Shown here one piece after another: positions 46,043-55,762 of a stretch of DNA of 64,000 nt (within the stretch, counting starts at the first letter, position 1; each line of letters opens with the position of its first letter). The DNA is from a virus (Duplodnaviria; Caudoviricetes). A program made the translations under genes and the position numbers. The stretch spans positions 1-64,000 of the IMG/VR virus record IMGVR_UViG_3300033066_001722. One strand, written 5' to 3'. Below the pieces are notes generated by a model. It had not been told where the DNA came from, did not search any database, and worked only from the letters and a program-made list of their open reading frames with translations.

Positions 46043-48312
46043 GGGATAGCGCCTCCTCCGCCACCTTCCTTGTGACGACGCTGCTGAACGTCGTCGAGAG
46101 CCTCTGCGAATGCTCCTGCTATCAGCTTCTCGTTCGGACGGTTGTTCGTCATATCTCGACGGAGTCCTCTGATCTCGTCGCGTAGATCTGTACTTCCACG
46201 CTCGACACCTGCAGGCCCACCTCCTGGTCCGGAAACTGCTGCTACAGCGCTCACGTTCGAGTTCGCAGCCAGTGCACCATCCGCTGTCGGATTGCCTGGA
46301 GTATAGCTGAATCCTTGCACACTCCCTACGTCTGCAGTCCACTTGATGGAGGCGATGTTCTGCCAAGCTCCCTGGACGATATCTTTCATCTTCGCTGGGT
46401 TCCACGTCTGAGCTAGCTGTGCCAGCGCGTCTATGACGTAGAAGACAGACTTTCCAATTCCGTCGATCACTCTCCACAGGGTAATGAAGACGTCGATGAC
46501 AGAACGGAAGATCATCGCGATCACCTGTCCGGCTGACGACAGCCTCATGAAGCCCGGTGTGAGGTTTCCTGTGATCACGTAGGCTATCACATTCGATAGC
46601 TCCCCAAAGATCGAGATCACCCAGCCTATGACCTGGAAGATGTCTCCCATGACGTTGAGTGCGAAGATGAAAGCGTCGACGAGGAAGTTGACGACGACGA
46701 TCACGAAGTCGATCGAACGCTTCGTTCCATCCATCTGGTTGGAGACGAGCCCGAAGGACTGTCCGACATCCACAAAGATCTGGAATAGACGTCCCCAGAC
46801 CGTCAAGAATCCTTCCATGACTGGTTGGAGCGCTCCTGCAACACGTCGCCACTGACCTAGGATGAAGCTCAACGCGCTCTTCACGTAGTCAACGATCGAG
46901 CCCAACCAGCCTCCGACGTTGACGACCCACTCGAAGATGCCTGCATTCTGCAGAGCCTCTGCAGTCTCTTGGGAGAGCTCAGCTGTGCCATTGGACCAAG
47001 AGGTGATGACCTCCCATAGCCCAACCACTGCATACCGGATCCGGTCGATCAAGGTCGCGAAGCCTCCCCAGTTCTCCATGTAGGCTCGATAGAACACGTA
47101 CCCTACCGCCACTAAGGCCCCGATGATCGCCACGACAGTCGCGATTGCAGCAGCGCCTGCGAGTATGGCGGGAATGGCCAAAACGATCACCTTCAAGAAC
47201 AGACCTACGGCGATTGCCGCAGAGAGCAGTGCTGCTCCAGCAGTGACGAGAGCAACGGCATAGGCTCCCCAGATCACAACCGTCTTGAAGATCTCTCGAT
47301 GCTCGGTGATGAACCCAACGAGGAATCTTGCGACCTTCAGGCCCTGCTGAACGAAGAACGTGACCTGGACGCCGATCTCCTTGAAGACCTCACCGATGGC
47401 CTCGAAGAGGGGCTTGTTCCGCTTCACCTCGATGGCGAACTTGTAGACGTCACTCAACAGCGGGACCATAGCGTCCTGAAGTGGCTTGCCCATCTTGCCC
47501 AGGATGTCGTGCCCGATGTCTTCGATGTTCTTCGAGAGCTCGTTGAAGGCCATGTCTGTGATGTTCGACATGCCACCGAACTTGTTCTGGACGAGCTGTG
47601 CGACGGTCTCAAACTTCTTCTGCATCCCATGAGCACTGGCGATCGCCTGCTTCTCCCAGGACTTGAGAGGTGCACGAGCGAAGAGTCGTCCGATTAGCTT
47701 CTCCAGACCCTTCGCGTTCTTCCCACCCATGCTGAAGGCGCGTGCCATCGTCTGCTGCATCGCGCCTAGAGACTGGCCGGTGAATGCTGAGAGGTCGTCG
47801 AGAGACTCCAGCGCTGTGATCGATTCTCCAGTGGCTGACTTGACCTTCGCAAGGGCGTCGACGCCCATCTTACCCATAGAGAGTACGAATCCAGCAGCCT
47901 CCTTGAAGGCGAATCCCGCGTTGTCTGCTGCCTCCTCAGTCTTCTCGAAGGTCTCGACGGCCTTGTCCTTGAAGACGATCTGCATCTGCTTCAGGGTATC
48001 GTCCATGTCCGCAGCAGCATGGACTGCGCGCATGACGAAGTCTTTCCCCTGGTTGAGTATACCCATCCCGAAGGCAACGACCTGATCAAGACTCTCCTTG
48101 GCATGCTCAATAACCGCAGAGAGTGTGTTGCCGGCTATGGCCTCGACACTCTCCTTGACCTGCTTGCCAGTGTCCTCCGCAGCGCCTGCGATGTTCGCGA
48201 GTGCATCCTTGAACTCGTCGAACTTCTGCTGCCAGTCTTCCATGACTGTCAGCCGGACACCTGCGTCGAATGCGCCTTGAGCTTCGTCTTCCACGGCTAC
48301 AGATCCTTCCAC
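46039..48312 (-). CDS. tape measure protein
   Basis: About 750 aa, helical, with hydrophobic W/F-spaced repeats. Start at 48312 or 48294. Confidence 0.88.
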   Translation of the reverse strand: MEGSVAVEDEAQGAFDAGVRLTVMEDWQQKFDEFKDALANIAGAAEDTGKQVKESVEAIAGNTLSAVIEHAKESLDQVVAFGMGILNQGKDFVMRAVHAAADMDDTLKQMQIVFKDKAVETFEKTEEAADNAGFAFKEAAGFVLSMGKMGVDALAKVKSATGESITALESLDDLSAFTGQSLGAMQQTMARAFSMGGKNAKGLEKLIGRLFARAPLKSWEKQAIASAHGMQKKFETVAQLVQNKFGGMSNITDMAFNELSKNIEDIGHDILGKMGKPLQDAMVPLLSDVYKFAIEVKRNKPLFEAIGEVFKEIGVQVTFFVQQGLKVARFLVGFITEHREIFKTVVIWGAYAVALVTAGAALLSAAIAVGLFLKVIVLAIPAILAGAAAIATVVAIIGALVAVGYVFYRAYMENWGGFATLIDRIRYAVVGLWEVITSWSNGTAELSQETAEALQNAGIFEWVVNVGGWLGSIVDYVKSALSFILGQWRRVAGALQPVMEGFLTVWGRLFQIFVDVGQSFGLVSNQMDGTKRSIDFVIVVVNFLVDAFIFALNVMGDIFQVIGWVISIFGELSNVIAYVITGNLTPGFMRLSSAGQVIAMIFRSVIDVFITLWRVIDGIGKSVFYVIDALAQLAQTWNPAKMKDIVQGAWQNIASIKWTADVGSVQGFSYTPGNPTADGALAANSNVSAVAAVSGPGGGPAGVERGSTDLRDEIRGLRRDMTNNRPNEKLIAGAFAEALDDVQQRRHKEGGGGGAIP

Positions 48313-49283
48313 ATATAGGGTGCTTGATCTGCGTCACCCTCCTCGACTTGATAGCCGAGTTTGCGCCAGACTGCGGGACCGTCTTGTTCTGCGAGTAGCT
48401 GAATACGCTTCACACCTAGACTGCGCAGGAGATTCTCCTCGTGCATCGTCCAAGCACGTGCGAGTCCCTTACCTCGATGACCTTCTTTGGTTGTATACCA
48501 GTTCCGAGTTGCGGTCTGCCCGCTTATGGAGGTTGTACCCTCTGCGGCAATCTTGCCATCCCGAGCGAGGAGCTTGAACTCATATCCTGGCTTGCTGTCT
48601 CCTTCTTGGATCTGAGAGAATCTAATCTCTCCTAACTTATAACCTTGATGCTCGAAGGTGCTGAGCTGTCGGACGACTGCCTTCGGATCTGGACCTCTGT
48701 AATCGTTCGAGACTTCGACCTTCTCTTCCCGATTCGGTGTCCCCTTGAGAGGTCTTGTGTCTCCAGTCGCACGCAAGAGTCCTAGGTTGTACTGACGCTT
48801 GATCTCCTTCGCGATCTGCGATACCTCTCCATGGCGGAGAGGGATGCCCTGGAAGCCACCCGTCTGGTTCAGTCTCACTGAGGTCTTGTGGACGATACCG
48901 TCGACATTCGGGATAGGCTGACGCAGCCCGTTCCAGTCAATCGTCTGGTCGACGTCCTTCCAGACCTCTGCGAAGAGGTCCTTGTTACGCTGCTGAGCCT
49001 GATGAATGATGCGATCGGCATGGTCTAGGGTCGGCTTCTTCGGCATCACATGTGGATTGCCGTACTGGTCTGTCAGGATCCACTGCTTGCCCTCTTTGGT
49101 AAGCTCCGCACCGTTGGAGGAGACGTATCCACCGTCCTTCTGCTCCCACTTGTGAAGTGGCTGTAGATCCTGCTTCACACGTTCTGGTCCTGCCTTGATC
49201 TCTCCGTCGTCACCGATGAGTACAGGCGTACCGTTCATCGTGACCCAGCCCTCAAGGAGTAACGTGTGGAGATCTTCGATCAT
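48297..49283 (-). CDS. tagged putative virion protein with a C-terminal GNAT acetyltransferase
   Basis: Same N-tag as the ART gene; acetyl-CoA motif EGHRGKGLA, RSLGVKRIQL, AVWRKLGY. Confidence 0.8.
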   Translation of the reverse strand: MIEDLHTLLLEGWVTMNGTPVLIGDDGEIKAGPERVKQDLQPLHKWEQKDGGYVSSNGAELTKEGKQWILTDQYGNPHVMPKKPTLDHADRIIHQAQQRNKDLFAEVWKDVDQTIDWNGLRQPIPNVDGIVHKTSVRLNQTGGFQGIPLRHGEVSQIAKEIKRQYNLGLLRATGDTRPLKGTPNREEKVEVSNDYRGPDPKAVVRQLSTFEHQGYKLGEIRFSQIQEGDSKPGYEFKLLARDGKIAAEGTTSISGQTATRNWYTTKEGHRGKGLARAWTMHEENLLRSLGVKRIQLLAEQDGPAVWRKLGYQVEEGDADQAPYMWKDL

Positions 49284-49530
49284 CGCTTTTTCTTGGATTG
49301 ATTCTGAGCCTTTTCCATCCGGCTACGCATGTCCTCGATAACCCGGCTCCGAGATTCGAGGAATAAGCGTCTCTCTTGCAGAGATAAGTCTAGAATGTCG
49401 TGATCGGAGAGGTGGAAATCTCCGAACGAGAGCGCCATTCGTTGTTCGACTTGCTCTGCGAGAGATCCCGCAAGGGCCATGAAGGCCTGCTGCTTGATCA
49501 GCGCTACTCTGCGGGGTCCGGAATCCAAAA
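49280..49530 (-). CDS. tail assembly chaperone, frameshifted C-terminal extension (gpT-like)
   Basis: Open -1 frame overlapping the chaperone 3' end; FHLSDHDILDLSLQERRLFL. Confidence 0.6.
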
Positions 49531-50328
49531 ATCCGAGGAACCCATCTCGAATCTGGCTTGATACTGGTTGCGGCACTGCTTGCAGGTCATGTTGACGCGC
49601 GTATCGACGCCACAACCGGCTTTGCCGATCTGCGTGCGCATGTGGAGTCGGTCACGGGTATGAGCCTTCTCCCAGAAGATGTCATGCCGACGCTTGCCAC
49701 TGGGGCTCGTGTCTCCATCGAGACATACGGTCGTCAGCTCCAGAAGCTTCGTGATCGCTCCTGGGTCGTTGTCTTGAACAAGGCGGATCGCATTGGCCTG
49801 ATCTCGGACCTTCAACAGCCGGAACTCAACGACGCGGCGCGACTCCGGCAGGGTCGTCTGTAGCAGCGACGGACTCTGCGTGAGGTGGTCTGCCGGGATG
49901 TCCGAGAGATCAAGGGCGAGCTCGTCTGTCAAGTCCTCCGGCATCGTGCGCTTGCCGTCGAAGAGATGGCAGTTGCACTCTGCATTCCCACAGCGCATGA
50001 CTTGGATCGTCGCGCGTCGGAGGTCGATGGTATACTTCTTGGGTGCGCATCCCTTATGCGTCTGTTTGACCTCGTAGGATGGTCCGAGAGACGCCATCCG
50101 GATCAGATAGAGCAGGTGGACTTGCTCTCCGACATACATCTCTCCCTGAACTTCTGCGTCCGGTAGAGGATGGTCCTGCTCGTCTCGCACCAGCGCCTGG
50201 ATCAGGCGACGATTGATTGCCAAGTTCTCGATCGCGTTGTTCGTACCGTCCAAGAGCCAGCGCTCGTGGACTCCAGTCATCGACCCGATCAGGACACGAC
50301 GACCTGTGTTTGTGATAGCTGCAAGCAT
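49504..50328 (-). CDS. tail/baseplate assembly chaperone (gpG / gp26-like)
   Basis: LLYLIRMASLGPSY, CGVDTRVNMTCKQC, ends ...SDFWIPD; upstream of the tape measure. Confidence 0.75.
   Translation of the reverse strand: MLAAITNTGRRVLIGSMTGVHERWLLDGTNNAIENLAINRRLIQALVRDEQDHPLPDAEVQGEMYVGEQVHLLYLIRMASLGPSYEVKQTHKGCAPKKYTIDLRRATIQVMRCGNAECNCHLFDGKRTMPEDLTDELALDLSDIPADHLTQSPSLLQTTLPESRRVVEFRLLKVRDQANAIRLVQDNDPGAITKLLELTTVCLDGDTSPSGKRRHDIFWEKAHTRDRLHMRTQIGKAGCGVDTRVNMTCKQCRNQYQARFEMGSSDFWIPDPAE
49528..49534 (-). other. putative -1 programmed ribosomal frameshift site G_GAT_TTT
   Basis: In-frame heptamer near the chaperone 3' end that links to the open -1 frame. Confidence 0.6.
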
Positions 50329-50488
50329 GTAGTCCTCCTGTTGCGGTAGGACGCTACGGCTAGGCCGACGTTTCGTGGTTGGTTTGAGACTTCAACGCAG
50401 GGCTCGCCAGGATCGACAGGAGCAAGCCTCTGACTTTGAGGGAAGGCACGGGCAAGGTGGAGGCGGTCAAGCTAGGCTGCTGTCGAGT

Positions 50489-51223
50489 CTAGCGTAGGCG
50501 GTATGTACGTGCGGCGTTCTTCTTGAGCCAGTCCTGGCCTTCGAGGTAGCGGTTGTGGTCAGAGACGCGTCCTCGCAACTCCTGCATCAACTCGTCGGAG
50601 CGTGCGCTGTGCCCGTTCTGACGAGTATGGTCTGCGAGTTGGTCGAGAGCCTCGACGCTCGCCTTGCGCGCCTTCTCGTGCGCCTTGTCCAGGTCTGGGC
50701 CAGTCTTCGCCTTCGCCGCTTCCTCGGAAGCTCGTCGCGCAACGTTCGCCTTCGCCTCGACATGATCCGGAACGGCTGACGTCTTGATGTCGACACTCGT
50801 ATCGGGGACGTATCGACCAGTTCGCTTACCGTCGATCAGCTCCGCAACGACAGGACGATGCTGGATTGCCGCAGGACCTGCGACGTCTCCAGCTGCAGCT
50901 GCTGCAGTTCCCTTGTACTCCCGCGTCCAAGCAGCACGCTCTGCTCCTGTTGAGTTCGAGAGACGCTCGAGATGATCAGCAGCCTGATCGTGCGCCTTGG
51001 CTCGATACTGCTTGTCCTCCCGCTGCTGCGGGTCCTTCTCCTTGCGAGCGTCTGCTCGCAGGCGAGAGCCTTCATCTCTGTGACCTTGAGGAGTCATCTT
51101 CCGCAGAGCGGGAGGGCCCTTGACGACTTCACCGTTGTCATCCAGCTCGATGTGGGTACCGCTGGGTAGCGTGACCCACCCTTCCGTGAGCAACAGTGCT
51201 ATGTCTGCGACGTGCCCAGCCAT
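50489..51223 (-). CDS. tagged putative internal virion protein (charged, helical)
   Basis: N-tag LLLTEGWVTLPSGTHIELDDNGEVVKGP; Ala/Lys/Glu/His-rich body. Confidence 0.75.
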   Translation of the reverse strand: MAGHVADIALLLTEGWVTLPSGTHIELDDNGEVVKGPPALRKMTPQGHRDEGSRLRADARKEKDPQQREDKQYRAKAHDQAADHLERLSNSTGAERAAWTREYKGTAAAAAGDVAGPAAIQHRPVVAELIDGKRTGRYVPDTSVDIKTSAVPDHVEAKANVARRASEEAAKAKTGPDLDKAHEKARKASVEALDQLADHTRQNGHSARSDELMQELRGRVSDHNRYLEGQDWLKKNAARTYRLR

Positions 51224-51225
51224 GA

Positions 51226-51702
51226 CTAGACTGTGACACGACGGTAGCGATCACAAGAGATCTCGACCGTCTCGATTGCAGCTTCGGCATCCTGCATGCT
51301 GGAGCGTTCGCCGTGTGAGTCCTTCACGGGGAAGCAGCCCTCGCACTCCCACTTGTCGATGATCTGATCGCTGTCACCCTTGTCGATGATCGTCAGACCA
51401 CGCTTGTAGCGTGCGGCTCCGATACTCTGCCCCGTCTCCGGATCGCGGACCTGACGCATCCAGTCCCAGAAGAAGGTATCGCTCGAGTTCGCAGGCATCA
51501 CCTTCTTCAGCGTGATGTTGCCGAACTTCCAAGCGCCTGCAGTCTTCTGCTTCGTCGCACTGCCTGGAGGCGCGTGCTCGACTGTCCCGAGCTCAGAGTC
51601 TGGGATCGAGACAGACTGGACGAGCGCAACGGGTAGACCTTCGCACTCGACGAGGAAACGAAATGTCTTCCGTGGATCAACTTCTTGAGCTTCGATGGCC
51701 AT
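51226..51702 (-). CDS. tail tube protein (gp19-like)
   Basis: DPRKTFRFLVE, GNITLKK, FWDWMRQV, IETVEISCD. Confidence 0.92.
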   Translation of the reverse strand: MAIEAQEVDPRKTFRFLVECEGLPVALVQSVSIPDSELGTVEHAPPGSATKQKTAGAWKFGNITLKKVMPANSSDTFFWDWMRQVRDPETGQSIGAARYKRGLTIIDKGDSDQIIDKWECEGCFPVKDSHGERSSMQDAEAAIETVEISCDRYRRVTV

Positions 51703-51708
51703 AGGGAA

Positions 51709-53979
51709 TTACTCCTCTCCGACGCTGGCAGCAGAGCTTGTCACGATGAACCGAACCTTGAACTCTCGCGCAGGCCGGTATGGGCTGATATAGAGTTCCG
51801 CGTTGACCTCGCCACGTTCGATCGAGTCCGCCGTCTGCAAACGAGCTTGCTCCATCGAGGCTGCACCCTGGTCGATGTCGAACCGTGCACTCTCGATCCA
51901 GTCCTGACGCTTCAGCGTCGTCAGGAACTTGTCGACCTCACGTGCGACTGCACGCCAGAGGGCCGGACGGTTCGGCTCATAAATCTTCTTGCGGATCACG
52001 GTGATGATCCGCTGCTCCAGATAGATCAAGATGCGACGGACGGATGTCCACTGGAAGGCTGTCGTCCCGTCACGGCGCAGCGTGAAGGCATCGCCGAAGG
52101 TCACATAGCCGTCCTGGCGCAGGACTGTGTTGACATGGTTGTCGTCGGACAGCTGCTTGAGCTGCGCACGCTTTCCACTGGGGCCAAGGTCGTACGGGAT
52201 GTCGTCGACGATCATACGACCCTTCACGCCTGCGGGGCTGAAGTGCGGACCGTAGTCACGGACGTCGAGCTTGCCCTTGCCGGTGTCGCACAGGTTCAAG
52301 GAGACAGCCAGATCACCAGCAGGGAAGATGAAGAGCGTGCCCTTCGTGATCGGATCCGTCACCTGGACCGTACCCGCATAGAGACATCCATACGAGGAGT
52401 CGAAGTTCGTCCCGCTGTGCGCAGCCTGTCCTCGCCGGTAGTCCTCGATGTCCTGAACGTCGGCTGCAGTCTGTAGCTCTCGGAACAGGTGGACCAGCAT
52501 ATCCTGCCGATCTTCGGCCCACGCCAGCAGTGAGGCTGCCGTCGCATTGGAGACCTCGTAGGGCAGGATCATATCCTGACATTCCGTACCCGAGATCTCG
52601 CCGAGGGCATGGACACCTGTCCCTGCCGAAGAGTCGCCGACGATGTCAGCCTCGACGAAGCCTGCCAGACCGTCGTTGCCACCAGCCAAGGTGTAGGTCC
52701 CGAGGGCAGGACGCTTTTCAGCGAGCGTACTGCCCGTCGAGGCGAGGTCTGCCAAGGAGATATAGGCAGAGCCGTTTGTCAAGCTGTTGACGATCGTCAG
52801 TGCGTATCGTGCCGAGTTCGGATCCATACTGAGGTTGGACCAGCGCTCTGCACTTGCGATCCCACGCTGCGCAGGGACAACCAGCGTGAACTGGTCGGCT
52901 GCGTCTGTGTTGCTCGTGGTGACCTGCACGGTCCAGCCTGCCGAGTAGGTCCCTGCGTACTTACCAAGGACCTTCAGCGTCGGCGATGTGGCAGAGTTGG
53001 AACCGTGGGAGCGTCCACCTGAACCCTCCGTGAAGCCAAGGGCGACAGCAACGGTCGAAGTGGCAAGCACACCCAGATAGGCAGATGCGCCGCTCGCTCC
53101 GGTATAGACGACGTCGAGCTTGCCGTCGATGTTCGACGGTGTCAAGGTCGCCTCACCTGCTGCTGTGATCCACGTCACAAGCTCGTCTGTCGAGACCTGT
53201 GCGAGATCCTTCGCGCTGCCATTGCCGGAGTTCGTCGTCGTCGGGAAGTTCAGGATCGCATTCGCCGTGCCACCAGTCACGATGACACGAGAATCTGTCC
53301 CGTAGAAGTCCGAGACCAGGGTGACCTTGGAGCCTGCCGAAGACGGCACGGCGCTCCCGTAGAGCATCGTGTTGAGCTTCGCAGCCACCTCTTCTGCTGT
53401 CGGAGCTGCCGGATTGGCGAAGTCCCCGTTCACAAAGGAGATCGACTGCTCTGGGTAGTTCACCTTGCCGACCTTGAAGGTCAAGGTCGTGCCAGGCAGA
53501 CCTGCGTAGTTCTCCGCGGACCCAGACTCGACGCTGGCCTGCGTGCCCGCCAGCGTCCGGTCTGGCCCGGACGTTCCATTCCGGTCGAAGATGAAGTGTC
53601 CGCCGATGACAGAGACCAGGTTGAACGGCCCTGCCTGCGACGTCCGTAGCCGAGGATGCGTCGCACCTGCCTGTCGATCGCTGATGCTGATGTACGCCTG
53701 TGCCGCTGCGGTCGACGAGGCGTCTGTCGGATCCGAGTAGTGCACCAGACGCACGATGACGAGGCGCGCACCGCCATCCAGCGCACGCTTGGCCTGCAAC
53801 GGACCCGTCTCCGTTGCCAGCAGACCTCCGTAGACGCGCTGGAACTCGGGCCAGGAGTTGATCTTGGTCGCCTTGAGAGGCCCACGCTCCGTCTTCAACA
53901 GCATCGCATAGAAGCCGGCGATCTCTGTGTTCGGAGAAAACGTCGCGTCCGTCTCGGAAATGTATACACCGCTGGGCAT
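51709..53979 (-). CDS. tail sheath protein
   Basis: PSGVYISE, ERGPL, SFAEF-like SWPEFQRVYGG, VRRILIYLE, YEPNRPALW. Confidence 0.93.
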   Translation of the reverse strand: MPSGVYISETDATFSPNTEIAGFYAMLLKTERGPLKATKINSWPEFQRVYGGLLATETGPLQAKRALDGGARLVIVRLVHYSDPTDASSTAAAQAYISISDRQAGATHPRLRTSQAGPFNLVSVIGGHFIFDRNGTSGPDRTLAGTQASVESGSAENYAGLPGTTLTFKVGKVNYPEQSISFVNGDFANPAAPTAEEVAAKLNTMLYGSAVPSSAGSKVTLVSDFYGTDSRVIVTGGTANAILNFPTTTNSGNGSAKDLAQVSTDELVTWITAAGEATLTPSNIDGKLDVVYTGASGASAYLGVLATSTVAVALGFTEGSGGRSHGSNSATSPTLKVLGKYAGTYSAGWTVQVTTSNTDAADQFTLVVPAQRGIASAERWSNLSMDPNSARYALTIVNSLTNGSAYISLADLASTGSTLAEKRPALGTYTLAGGNDGLAGFVEADIVGDSSAGTGVHALGEISGTECQDMILPYEVSNATAASLLAWAEDRQDMLVHLFRELQTAADVQDIEDYRRGQAAHSGTNFDSSYGCLYAGTVQVTDPITKGTLFIFPAGDLAVSLNLCDTGKGKLDVRDYGPHFSPAGVKGRMIVDDIPYDLGPSGKRAQLKQLSDDNHVNTVLRQDGYVTFGDAFTLRRDGTTAFQWTSVRRILIYLEQRIITVIRKKIYEPNRPALWRAVAREVDKFLTTLKRQDWIESARFDIDQGAASMEQARLQTADSIERGEVNAELYISPYRPAREFKVRFIVTSSAASVGEE

Positions 53980-53982
53980 GGT

Positions 53983-54600
53983 TCAGTCCTCGATCTCGAT
54001 GTTCTCTGTATTCGCGTCTAAAGCGACAGTGATATGACCCTTCGTAAAGGTAGGCTGGTTCTCAACCTCTTCGCTCGTATGGAAGATCCAGGTGTAGACG
54101 CTCAGTCTCTGCGCGGAGTAGATGTCTCGGTCTCCTGGATTGAACTTCGGCTGGAGAGAAGCCTGCTGAGGGCTGATACGCGCTGGTATACGCCGTAGGA
54201 CTCCATCTGCGAATACGTCTACCTGAACGTCGACACGTCGCTGGAGCTGGTAGCGTTGGAAGTACCTCTCGAGAGCCCATACCAGATCTGTCATGAGCGG
54301 GAAGCTGAAGGCTACCTGGAGCGTCAGTACGACCGCCTCAGGGTAGCGCACGGAGAGTACCCGCAACTTGTCGTTCGAGAGATACTTCTCGAGTCTGAGA
54401 TGCCGTCGCATCCTCTGAGGATCCCGTTTCACGTCGAGCAGACTCAGGATGACAAGAGACCTCTTCGGATCTGTGGCGTAGGAGGCGTACTTCTCTGTGC
54501 CAGCCCACACTGTATCGATCTGAGCGTGACTAGGTGCTGTCGTCCAGTTCTGCTCGAAGTCTTTCACAAGTATCGTACAGATCTCACCGACGGTCGACAT
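53983..54600 (-). CDS. tail terminator / sheath-completion-like protein
   Basis: Position immediately upstream of the sheath; 205 aa. Confidence 0.6.
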   Translation of the reverse strand: MSTVGEICTILVKDFEQNWTTAPSHAQIDTVWAGTEKYASYATDPKRSLVILSLLDVKRDPQRMRRHLRLEKYLSNDKLRVLSVRYPEAVVLTLQVAFSFPLMTDLVWALERYFQRYQLQRRVDVQVDVFADGVLRRIPARISPQQASLQPKFNPGDRDIYSAQRLSVYTWIFHTSEEVENQPTFTKGHITVALDANTENIEIED

Positions 54601-55036
54601 GGAACCCCATCTCTCGTAGCTTCCTTCGAAGGAACTGTAAAGCTACACCCTTCGCGACACTGAGGTGAGGCCTGGCTGGCATTGTCCGCGTGCCGAACTC
54701 CAACCACATACCCAATTCCTGGAACTCAGGACTAGGTCCGACCACCCAACTGAACTGTCCTATAGCTCTTGCTTTGATCGATTGATAGTAGTTGTCCTCG
54801 GGACGAGCAATGAGGATACGCTCATCTAGACCGTGACGACGCTTCCATCGAAGATACTTCTCCGTCAGGGGAGTGTGTCCAAGACGCTGCTGTTCAATCG
54901 CAGCCTTCAACCAACCTTCCGTCTCCATCGCAGACCACATGACCGCGAGGGAGACAGCAGATTTGATCTTGGGCGGGAGCTTCTTGAGATGATCTTGGAT
55001 ACGATCGAACCCGAAGGAGAACTCTTCACTTCCCAT
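54584..55036 (-). CDS. neck/tail completion protein (HK97 gp10-like)
   Basis: WLEFGTRTMPARPHL motif. Confidence 0.8.
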   Translation of the reverse strand: MGSEEFSFGFDRIQDHLKKLPPKIKSAVSLAVMWSAMETEGWLKAAIEQQRLGHTPLTEKYLRWKRRHGLDERILIARPEDNYYQSIKARAIGQFSWVVGPSPEFQELGMWLEFGTRTMPARPHLSVAKGVALQFLRRKLREMGFHVDRR

Positions 55037-55463
55037 AGGGTGCGACCTCGAGCTCGTAGGTCAATAGACGCTGATCGTGGAGTCTACCCTCTCCGACGGA
55101 GATCGTCGTGTACTCGCGACCATTCAGCTGGATGTGGTCGCGTATACTCGGTGGACGTCGTAGGGCTGACGTACAGAGCTCTTTGAGCAAGACGACCTTC
55201 ATGTTGCCGGAAGCATCGAGCTGAGGCTTCTCGCCTGGCTTCTCAACCTTCATGACTGGCCCCCAGTAACCGAGCATCGAGATCTCGATGAACTTAGGAG
55301 AGCGTACGACCTCACCGAAGGTCGTATTAATTTGACCCTCCGTCGAGTTCGGATCGTAGTACAAGTAGGTCAGAGGAGAGGCTCCAGCCTCGAACGCTTC
55401 TCGAGCGTGCAGCGCGATCAGCTCCGCGTCGTTGTCGAAAACATGTCGCCAGCCTGGCCTCAA
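55026..55463 (-). CDS. head closure / neck protein
   Basis: RDHIQLNGREYTTISV; canonical position. Confidence 0.55.
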   Translation of the reverse strand: MRPGWRHVFDNDAELIALHAREAFEAGASPLTYLYYDPNSTEGQINTTFGEVVRSPKFIEISMLGYWGPVMKVEKPGEKPQLDASGNMKVVLLKELCTSALRRPPSIRDHIQLNGREYTTISVGEGRLHDQRLLTYELEVAPYGK

Positions 55464-55762
55464 ATGACGACCTTGATCAAAGAGGAGATCACCGAGATGA
55501 TCTTGTTCGCTGCGCTGCTGATCCGAGCCTGTTGTGCGCGCTCCGTCTTCTGCAGCTCCGCCAGTAGATTGCTCGACGCCTCGAGATCATCAATGGCCAG
55601 GTCGAACGAGACCCTTCCGTCTGCCAAGCTTGTCAGTAGATTGACCGGACTGGCGCTCTTGCGGACGAGGTCTCGTAACATCGTCATGATGCGCGCCTCC
55701 TCATCTCCTTCTGGACGCAGCTCGTCTAGGTGCTTCTTGACGAGTTCATCTAGATTGCTCAT
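55460..55762 (-). CDS. hypothetical helical protein with a hydrophobic C-terminus
   Basis: 100 aa; ends KIISVISSLIKVVI. Confidence 0.6.
   Translation of the reverse strand: MSNLDELVKKHLDELRPEGDEEARIMTMLRDLVRKSASPVNLLTSLADGRVSFDLAIDDLEASSNLLAELQKTERAQQARISSAANKIISVISSLIKVVI

Noticed and set aside
46043-46852. N-terminal extension making the ART ORF 687 aa
   Set aside because: It overlaps the tape measure gene out of frame. The true start is ATG 46042, shown by ATGA coupling and the paralogous start at 49283.
36304-54600. Stand-alone contractile injection system (eCIS/T6SS)
   Set aside because: Portal, protease, capsid and a replication module are contiguous, so this is a phage tail.
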